Positions 57,151 through 64,000 of a stretch of 64,000 nt of DNA are shown piece by piece. Position 1 is the first letter of the stretch. The number at the start of each line of letters is the position of its first letter. The notes beneath the pieces are model-generated. The model did not search any database and was not told where the DNA came from. It worked only from the letters and a program-made list of their open reading frames with translations. This DNA is from a virus. Made by a program: the position numbers and the translations under genes. The DNA lies in IMG/VR virus record IMGVR_UViG_3300031539_000009, positions 1 through 64,000 of that record. The stretch is one strand, 5' to 3'.

Positions 57151-57929
57151 GAGAAAAAACTATCATATTCCCACCTTAATATGGCCTGGAAGTTGACACC
57201 GCACCGCTCACACTTTCCCTCCACCGCCATAAGCGGACCAGCATTGTGCTCTTCAACCTCTGCCATCAAAAAGTTGATGTCACGCTTGGTCATTCCTGCC
57301 AAGGAATCTTCTGTGAGCGCCAAAGGATTCTGGTCCAGCCCCTTAATGGCCATGATGGCACTGATGAAATACTGCTCGGCCAGGTCGCCAGCATTCTTTG
57401 CGTCCTCAGCCTTGAGTGACTCGATGGCGGCCCACTTGGTCGGCTGGATGACCAGATTTTTCCGAACCTTCCCGCTCAACTCAAATCCGTCCTGAAGCTT
57501 CACGTTGCGGGTCAATTCATCTTTTGACTCTTTGACCCGGACAGACAGCGTTTCAAGATCAGCCTTGAACTTGATGTTGTTCCGGCAACTGCCGCACACG
57601 ATGGGCATTGACAGGTCTTTTCCCAACGCCACATATCGCAGGTAAATGTACATGTACAGCACGTCGGACATCGCCATCTGGTTGATGGCGAGCAATCGGT
57701 GAGGCTCAGGTTTTTCCCCGAACTTTTCCCCGGCCAACACAGAAATCATGTTTGCCAAGATGATGGAAGTGAATTGGCCCTGGTTCAAGTCATCGGTCCG
57801 CTTTCCGCCAATGATTTTTTCCTGGGCCATCGTCCATGACTTGCAATCGAAGTCACGGACAAGCTCATCGCCCTTGAGAATGCCGATGGGTAGCACCGGC
57901 CCTTGTTCTTTCAATGTAACCGTCTTCAT
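57147..57929 (-). CDS. Tail assembly chaperone with two CxxC motifs
   Basis: Between tube and tape measure; ends DSFFS. Confidence 0.7.
   Translation of the reverse strand: MKTVTLKEQGPVLPIGILKGDELVRDFDCKSWTMAQEKIIGGKRTDDLNQGQFTSIILANMISVLAGEKFGEKPEPHRLLAINQMAMSDVLYMYIYLRYVALGKDLSMPIVCGSCRNNIKFKADLETLSVRVKESKDELTRNVKLQDGFELSGKVRKNLVIQPTKWAAIESLKAEDAKNAGDLAEQYFISAIMAIKGLDQNPLALTEDSLAGMTKRDINFLMAEVEEHNAGPLMAVEGKCERCGVNFQAILRWEYDSFFS
57153..57159 (-). other. Candidate -1 ribosomal frameshift heptamer T TTT TTC
   Basis: AGT TTT TTC TCA TGA at chaperone end. Confidence 0.7.
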
Positions 57930-57992
57930 TTTTGAGCACCTCCAAATAGCTCTGCTTTGTGAGGTTGATCCTCATCTCAACTGTCGATCAAA

Positions 57993-58430
57993 TTAGATCG
58001 GCAGCACGTCATCCGCTGAGAACGTCCACTCAACCTGAGCAGCCTCACCCTCATTCTCCATCGCCAAGTCAGGCAAAGCCCGCTTGGTTGGGAATACACC
58101 CGTCAAGGTGTATGATCTGAGAGTGCGACCGGTCAAGGACTTGTGGAGCAAAGTGCCGATTTTTTTGTACAATGGGCTGACAGGGTCTTGCGACTCCTGA
58201 AACCATATCTCCAAACCGGCTTGTTCGACCAGGTGGTGCATCATCGTTTTTGCGGTGAATTCCACAGGCTTGGTGTGCCCGCCTGGTGCTTTGGTGCGGT
58301 CAGGAAGGTCAACCACCTCCAACTCTTCTTCAATCCCGCTGATCTCAGTGAATCGGATGGTTGGCATTCCAAGTATGATCAGCTCATACTTATTGACCGG
58401 CATGTGGTCTTGCTGGATTGTCCCTTTCAT
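57993..58430 (-). CDS. Tail tube protein (T4 gp19-like)
   Basis: FTEISG, W...YTLTGVFPTK; follows sheath. Confidence 0.82.
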   Translation of the reverse strand: MKGTIQQDHMPVNKYELIILGMPTIRFTEISGIEEELEVVDLPDRTKAPGGHTKPVEFTAKTMMHHLVEQAGLEIWFQESQDPVSPLYKKIGTLLHKSLTGRTLRSYTLTGVFPTKRALPDLAMENEGEAAQVEWTFSADDVLPI

Positions 58431-58444
58431 TTCTCATGCCCCCC

Positions 58445-60766
58445 TTATACCACAGCTTCAAAGATTCCGGCCTTGCTGACGGTAATGATGAACCGCTCAA
58501 CAGTGTCGGCAAGCCTGAGTGTGATTTCGGCCAGAAGATCGCCCGCCGCTGCGGTGGCATCGGTGTTGATCTCGTCATCCAGCTTGATGTCGCATGCGTC
58601 CTGAAAGTTGTCCCCTCTGAGCGCACCCTTGGTCCACTCCGGCAGGTAAAATCCCCGCATGGCGGAAAGGGCTGTCTGCTGAATGTCTGAATTGTTGATG
58701 GCGTACACCACCCAATCGAATTCTTCACGCATGACATTCTCATAGTAGGACATCTGTTCACGCTGATGTTTCCACCGCCACGCCGGGTCAGCGGCAATGG
58801 TGCGGTCACCCCAGATGATACAGTTGCCCTCTTTGAACTTGATGATCTGGATTCCATGCGGGTTGAGGAATTCCTCATCCAGTATCTTTTCCCCAGTGGG
58901 CAACTTCAAGACTTTGGGCAGATTGACATCCGTGCCCGCAGCCGCTTTGTGATAGCCATTCCAGTTTTTGGCCGTGAGTGCTTCCCTTCCGTGAATCGCC
59001 CCCGTCAACGGTATCAACTTGAGGCCAGCCGCTTCCGGGTTGTCAATGTAGCCATAGCTGGGGAATGCCGTCACGCCCATGTCGTTGCGTCCAATGGTGT
59101 CGTTGATGAATTCTTCAGCCGCAGACTCATCGATGATGGTTGGGTCAATTTCGACTCTGAACTGATAGTTTTTGGCGCTGGCATATTCCAGCCCCGCCTT
59201 TTGAACCGCTGCGGCATACACGCCAGGCACGGCCAACTTGACCAGCCCCTGGTTTTTGCCGAACAGGCTGTTGATCGGAGATGACTCAACATCGAACACA
59301 TCGGTGTAATCCGTGTTGTCCACATTTGCCAGCCCGTCATAGCCTCCAGCCAATCCTTGGGGTTGTTCCACAATGAAAGGATCACCCGCCGTCGCATCCA
59401 GGGTCATGTCGTTGCCCGGTCCCACCGTGATGGTGTCGTGGGTGTTGGAGATGACCTTGAAAACGATTCTGCGCTTGGCAGTATTTGGGGTGAGGAATCC
59501 ACCCGCCAATTCATCTGACTTGAACGGCTGGCAGTACACAGAGATGACATCAGCCAACGCAAAGTTGTCGGTGCCGGCCGCAACCGTGAGGCTGGGCAAC
59601 CAATCATATCCGGGCACATACGCAACGCCAGTAGTGGCATCGGGCAACGTCACGTTCAGCTGTCCCGGTCCGATTGGTGTTGCGACCACAGACCAGACTT
59701 CAGCCCCCGGAGTGGTGGCATCAGTGCAAGTCAATGTCAAGATGCACGGCTGGACATCGGCTCCATACAGGAATGTTCCCGCATTGCCTTTGTCCGGTGT
59801 GGTCCCGTCAGACGGTCCCTTGGCGTGGATGATTTCAGACTTGAGCGTGGTCGCTGTAAGGCCCAAGGCAACGCTGACATTGTAAAAATTGGCCGGTCTG
59901 ATCTCAGGCGACACAGCACCCGTCCAAAGATCGGTCACCACGATGTCGGAATTGCCTTGGTCATCGTTGATCACGTTCACAAAATAGTTGGATGCGGCCG
60001 GATCAGAGGACATATTGTCATAGGTCAGCCGCAATTCCCCGTCCACGTACACGTACATGCCCCACTCGGTGGTCGGATTGGAAATGCCATCCTTGATCAA
60101 AACCACGGTTTGCGTGGTGGCCAGATTGCTCAAGACCACTCTGATCTCAGTTGACGCCCCCGCTGCGGCCACATAGTCGGCCAGCATCGTGCTGTCATTG
60201 GACACGGTCAACGTGACCGACCCGGCCACCGTGGCCGTGTTGCCCACGATTTTGTAGGACTTCCCCGGAACATCGGCAATCTGAAGCACGCCGTCTTTGA
60301 GTTCATTCTCTTTGACGTCATCAGCTGCAATGTCCACGGTTGTTTCTGCCAGGTTGGAAAGGTCGCTCAACACCACCTGTTTCCTTCCGGCCCACCTTCC
60401 ACCGTTGGCGGCCTCCACCTTCACCACTGGGGTGTAGGGATGCCGTCTGGCGGCCAAGATCAACTCGCCAGGCACTTCAGACCCGTCCGTGACCCTGACC
60501 ATAAATAATGCCCCGGCCCCTTGCCCTGCGTCAAAAAAATCCTGAGCGCAATCGGGCAACAGGGATTCCGGTATCAAGCCCCCGGTCTTTTTTACCAGCG
60601 ACTTTTTAGTTGGGCAGTATATCAACTCCCCAACGGCCCCTTTCTGCATGATTCCGGTGTAGCATGTCACGCCCAGAGCAGCCGGTTCAATCGGCTTTTC
60701 TGATGGACGCTCAATGACTGTGACACCGGCCCCAAGAGTAGGGCCAAACCGTCTCTGTTCAGCCAT
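58445..60766 (-). CDS. Contractile tail sheath protein
   Basis: GVTVIE, GYHKAAAG, IWGDRT, GALRG, ERFII. Confidence 0.93.
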   Translation of the reverse strand: MAEQRRFGPTLGAGVTVIERPSEKPIEPAALGVTCYTGIMQKGAVGELIYCPTKKSLVKKTGGLIPESLLPDCAQDFFDAGQGAGALFMVRVTDGSEVPGELILAARRHPYTPVVKVEAANGGRWAGRKQVVLSDLSNLAETTVDIAADDVKENELKDGVLQIADVPGKSYKIVGNTATVAGSVTLTVSNDSTMLADYVAAAGASTEIRVVLSNLATTQTVVLIKDGISNPTTEWGMYVYVDGELRLTYDNMSSDPAASNYFVNVINDDQGNSDIVVTDLWTGAVSPEIRPANFYNVSVALGLTATTLKSEIIHAKGPSDGTTPDKGNAGTFLYGADVQPCILTLTCTDATTPGAEVWSVVATPIGPGQLNVTLPDATTGVAYVPGYDWLPSLTVAAGTDNFALADVISVYCQPFKSDELAGGFLTPNTAKRRIVFKVISNTHDTITVGPGNDMTLDATAGDPFIVEQPQGLAGGYDGLANVDNTDYTDVFDVESSPINSLFGKNQGLVKLAVPGVYAAAVQKAGLEYASAKNYQFRVEIDPTIIDESAAEEFINDTIGRNDMGVTAFPSYGYIDNPEAAGLKLIPLTGAIHGREALTAKNWNGYHKAAAGTDVNLPKVLKLPTGEKILDEEFLNPHGIQIIKFKEGNCIIWGDRTIAADPAWRWKHQREQMSYYENVMREEFDWVVYAINNSDIQQTALSAMRGFYLPEWTKGALRGDNFQDACDIKLDDEINTDATAAAGDLLAEITLRLADTVERFIITVSKAGIFEAVV

Positions 60767-60796
60767 GGTTTTTCAACCCCCTTTTTAGATTTTCCA

Positions 60797-61993
60797 TCAC
60801 TCCGCAACCTTTGCCGTCACCCTGAAGTCATTGATTATGAACTTGTCTTCAGCAGGTGTTGTCAATATCGGCACATATCTTACCTCAATTGGTATGATCA
60901 CTTGCTTGTAATCACCCAAATTTGGCCTGTTATTCGTTTCCACAGCAGGCATTACTACCAGGGTGTATTCTTCATCCAGCCCAACAGACCGGAACACGCC
61001 CAGGCCTTGTAAAAAATCTTCCATTGCCTGCCTCATCCTCTGCTGGTCAACTCCCAACTCGGATATTCCTAACAAATTGAATGTGAACGTCTCAACCATG
61101 CTGTCGCTGAATTCAATGGCCGTGGTCCCGTCCCCACTCGTCACGCTTTCCTTTCCTTGCGGTGTCATCCTGCTGCCTGTGTCATATCCTACCAGAACCA
61201 ATGCTGGCAATTTTTCCAACTGCAAAAAATCCTGATGGTATGTATAGATGACTTCCAGCTTGTATTTCAGCTTCACCCGGACTTTCGTGCCAGACACGAC
61301 CGCTTCTGTCAAGTTGATATTGATTCCGTCAAAGGAATCGAACAGGCTGCCAAATACGCCATCGACCAGGACTGCCTCAACCCCGACTACATCCAGGCCC
61401 ACTCCCAGCGCAGATATGGCAATCTCGTTGGCAGTAGCCTCCATTTCATAGATAACATCTGCCGTCGGATTGATCCCGGACTCCAGGACTGGAATGAGAC
61501 TCCTGAAAATCAGGTCTTCATATACCGCAATGTCGCACAACATCGCAAATCTCAACTCCAACAGTTGCGGTGTAACAGCCCGGTCCTCAGTGTACAGGTT
61601 GCTCACGACTTGCAAACGCTGATTGAGCCAAGCTGATATGTGTTCCCTGACTTCAGCTTCCGTGTTCCAATCCAGATCATCATCCAGCACCTCAACCCAA
61701 GCAAACCCATCCCACCAGTAATCAGTCGCCCCGTCCGATATTCTGTGTCTGATGTACGTCCCTTCCGGTTTGATAGACACTTCTTGGAACGCACCCAACC
61801 ACTGAATAAGTGACGTTGGGTTGGTCACCCAAGACCTGACAGTCATTGTGAGATCAAGAGGATACCAGCCATCAGACTGTGCCTTGAGTTGAATCCACCC
61901 TTTGGGATTGAGCCTGATCTGGCTGGGATCACTCAAGATTATATTTGGTCTGGCTTGCTCGTTGTATGAGAAGCATTTCAGCACCCTCTTCAT
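60797..61993 (-). CDS. Neck/tail-terminator region protein
   Basis: Upstream of sheath; KLPALVL motif. Confidence 0.6.
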   Translation of the reverse strand: MKRVLKCFSYNEQARPNIILSDPSQIRLNPKGWIQLKAQSDGWYPLDLTMTVRSWVTNPTSLIQWLGAFQEVSIKPEGTYIRHRISDGATDYWWDGFAWVEVLDDDLDWNTEAEVREHISAWLNQRLQVVSNLYTEDRAVTPQLLELRFAMLCDIAVYEDLIFRSLIPVLESGINPTADVIYEMEATANEIAISALGVGLDVVGVEAVLVDGVFGSLFDSFDGININLTEAVVSGTKVRVKLKYKLEVIYTYHQDFLQLEKLPALVLVGYDTGSRMTPQGKESVTSGDGTTAIEFSDSMVETFTFNLLGISELGVDQQRMRQAMEDFLQGLGVFRSVGLDEEYTLVVMPAVETNNRPNLGDYKQVIIPIEVRYVPILTTPAEDKFIINDFRVTAKVAE

Positions 61994-62559
61994 CTCGCAA
62001 TTTCCCTCATGGTCATCTGCATCGCCATCTTCCAACGGTTTTGCAGGTCTTTGGATACACTTCCTGTGTATGCCAATTTAATAAATGGCCTTGGCGGAAT
62101 TACAATCACCGTGGTAGAATCCAACAATGGTTTTATCACGCCGCCCGTTTCATGAGCCAAATATCTGAAATATGCCCTCATCCGATCTGTCACCTGGATG
62201 CTGGCACCTTCATGTAGTGTGACGCCAATGTCGTACTGCTCCGAACCTTTTATGATTCCTGCGAACGCTTCCCGCCAACTAACAACCCTGGTGTTGACGT
62301 TCATCCACAAGCTGCCTTCATCCACCAACGGCTTATCACTTGACTTCCCTGAACCCTTGTGGTGCATTTGTGACAACCCTGTTATTCCAGGATTCACACC
62401 GCCCTTAATGGTGGCTTGAATTTCCTTTTGAACCACCAACGCATTTTGGCGTGTAGCCCGACCAACATTGCGCTCCATGTTGGCCTTGAACTTGGCCGGA
62501 TTCAACCCGGCCTGCAATGCTTTCCATGGTCCTGTCAGTCTGATGAATTCCGCCATCAT
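61990..62559 (-). CDS. Neck/tail completion protein
   Basis: KPLVDEGSL, LHEG, IPPRPFI. Confidence 0.75.
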   Translation of the reverse strand: MMAEFIRLTGPWKALQAGLNPAKFKANMERNVGRATRQNALVVQKEIQATIKGGVNPGITGLSQMHHKGSGKSSDKPLVDEGSLWMNVNTRVVSWREAFAGIIKGSEQYDIGVTLHEGASIQVTDRMRAYFRYLAHETGGVIKPLLDSTTVIVIPPRPFIKLAYTGSVSKDLQNRWKMAMQMTMREIAR

Positions 62560-62951
62560 GCCGCCTCTGGCTTGTCGCCAAAATACGCTTTCAACAACCC
62601 GGCCCCGTTTTGATCAGGATAGTGCCCCATTGGCGCAAATCCTCTGATGTAAGTGTCTTGAACACTCATGAACCCGATCTTCACCACCCGGTCCTGCCGG
62701 TTGATACTGATCCCTGCCTCCAACAACTCCGACACGCTGAAAAGCAAATAGCCACGTGCGTAATAACCAACGCCCGCTTCCCTGGCCTTGGGATCATCCA
62801 TATTGAACCATTTGACCTGCGCATCAACCGTGATTCGTTTCGTCTTGGTTTGACGAACAGGCTCACGTGCCTCTTCATCCCAGGCAGTGGCCTCTGGATC
62901 AACCTGGTCTATCACCACGGATATCGGGTGTATAAGATTTGGTCTGGCCAT
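62556..62951 (-). CDS. Probable head closure protein
   Basis: Position and size. Confidence 0.55.
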   Translation of the reverse strand: MARPNLIHPISVVIDQVDPEATAWDEEAREPVRQTKTKRITVDAQVKWFNMDDPKAREAGVGYYARGYLLFSVSELLEAGISINRQDRVVKIGFMSVQDTYIRGFAPMGHYPDQNGAGLLKAYFGDKPEAA

Positions 62952-63634
62952 TTGTTCCTCGGTGCCCCTATGAGCAATGGACTCCTGTAGCGTCCAAGAA
63001 TCCTGTCCACATCCTGATCCCCGGTGGAATCAGGCCTGTTGAATGACGACCCTGCCGCTGTGGCATATGTTATTGAGTGGCCGTCTGTTATTTCCTGCTT
63101 GATTGGCCCGGCTGCATTGCTTCCCCCGGTCCCGCCAAATCCATCGGCAGCTGTGTTGGCCACCAGTCTGTACATCGCCTTGATGATTGGAACTGGTGTG
63201 GATCCATCCGGCTCTATGTATCCGAACCTGCCAATGAATTTTTGCTGGTATCCTTTCAAAAATAAACCAGCACTGGTACCAACAAAAATATTCCGCCGTT
63301 GCCGCTTGAGTTCAACTCTGGGGTTGCGTCGATCATCCGGCCAAGAAATGGAATTGTGAACAATGTAATTCTCAACCGGCTGTGGAATCTCATCCTCATT
63401 CAAATACATTTCGTTGATCTCGATTATGGGCACGCCAAAAAACATCACTGCGCTGTCAGCCCCGTCGATCACAATCTCAAGCATCCTGGCGTTGAACCAT
63501 TGCCTGGTGACCAACTCCACAGTTGCCTGCGCATCCAATATCACCAACCAAGCCGCATCTTCATCGACTTTGTCCCGATTCAAAACCCCAGCATCATACA
63601 ACTCTTCTGGGGTCACATACGCATATTCCCTCAT
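62912..63634 (-). CDS. Head-tail adaptor
   Basis: AYVTPEEL, GRFGY..TPVPI, DGHSITY, VDRILGRYR. Confidence 0.72.
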   Translation of the reverse strand: MREYAYVTPEELYDAGVLNRDKVDEDAAWLVILDAQATVELVTRQWFNARMLEIVIDGADSAVMFFGVPIIEINEMYLNEDEIPQPVENYIVHNSISWPDDRRNPRVELKRQRRNIFVGTSAGLFLKGYQQKFIGRFGYIEPDGSTPVPIIKAMYRLVANTAADGFGGTGGSNAAGPIKQEITDGHSITYATAAGSSFNRPDSTGDQDVDRILGRYRSPLLIGAPRNKWPDQILYTRYPW

Positions 63635-64000
63635 GATCCCACCGCCTTTTTCGCTTCCCCAAATCCCGGAATATCACCGATGCTGGACAACGACTGTGGC
63701 TTGGCATCAGGGCTGTACCTTGGTTTCCCAACCTTAGCCACATCAACCCTGGCCATGTTATTGGTATAGTACACCAACAAGGTTATGCGAATATCATCTG
63801 CTTGGCAGGATATGTATTCACCAATCCGCTTCCCTTTGTATTTCCCGGAATCCCCCACGACCATCTTGGCCCCAAAACGGATTGCCTTGAACTTCTTGGG
63901 AATTGGAAAAGTGTGCATGACCTTTCGATGGTGTATGGCCATCCCTGATATATGGGCTGCCTGCTCTTTCAAATACGCTTCACACGCTTGAATTCCGCCG
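63631..64000 (-). CDS. Hypothetical protein, probably 5'-truncated by window edge
   Basis: Track ORF 63631..63972; ATGA overlap downstream. Confidence 0.5.
   Translation of the reverse strand, partial: GGIQACEAYLKEQAAHISGMAIHHRKVMHTFPIPKKFKAIRFGAKMVVGDSGKYKGKRIGEYISCQADDIRITLLVYYTNNMARVDVAKVGKPRYSPDAKPQSLSSIGDIPGFGEAKKAVGS

Noticed and set aside
43418-60766. Extracellular contractile injection system or tailocin
   Set aside because: Head-tail adaptor, neck and full replication genes show a phage.
457-63991. Numerous + strand ORFs (e.g. 15643..16497, 33060..33917, 55988..56929)
   Set aside because: Antisense shadows of well-supported minus-strand genes; no recognisable motifs.

Overview
A 64-kb segment of a large tailed dsDNA bacteriophage with a contractile tail (myovirus type). 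Essentially every credible gene is on the minus strand, tightly packed with ATGA/TAATG overlaps. In transcription order (right to left): neck, tail and baseplate genes (sheath, tube, frameshifted chaperone pair, tape measure, baseplate, tail fibre); a lysis cassette (CHAP endolysin, probable holin and spanins); replication genes (SF2 helicase, initiator-like protein, DnaC-like loader, DnaB, primase); an AAA+/vWA pair; a sigma factor; an unusual nucleotide-metabolism operon (flavoprotein, NTP-PPase/HAD fusion, atypical ThyX, class-III aminotransferase, NMP kinase) directly upstream of a DnaE polymerase; HU, SSB, RecA, a single-chain Mre11-Rad50, RuvC-like and 5'-3' exonuclease genes; then small accessory genes behind repeated strong sigma70 promoters. 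Best leads: (1) a candidate undescribed pyrimidine-modification pathway feeding DnaE; (2) near-total one-strand polarisation of CGAG and CGACG, plus apparent absence of CGCG; (3) a dispersed ~100-bp element of TGCA units at fixed 12/12/9/12/12/15/12/12 spacing; (4) a four-cysteine module shared by three unrelated proteins. All protein calls come from motif recognition by eye and all motif counts are manual; no database search was run. No tRNA, CRISPR array, integrase or intein was seen.
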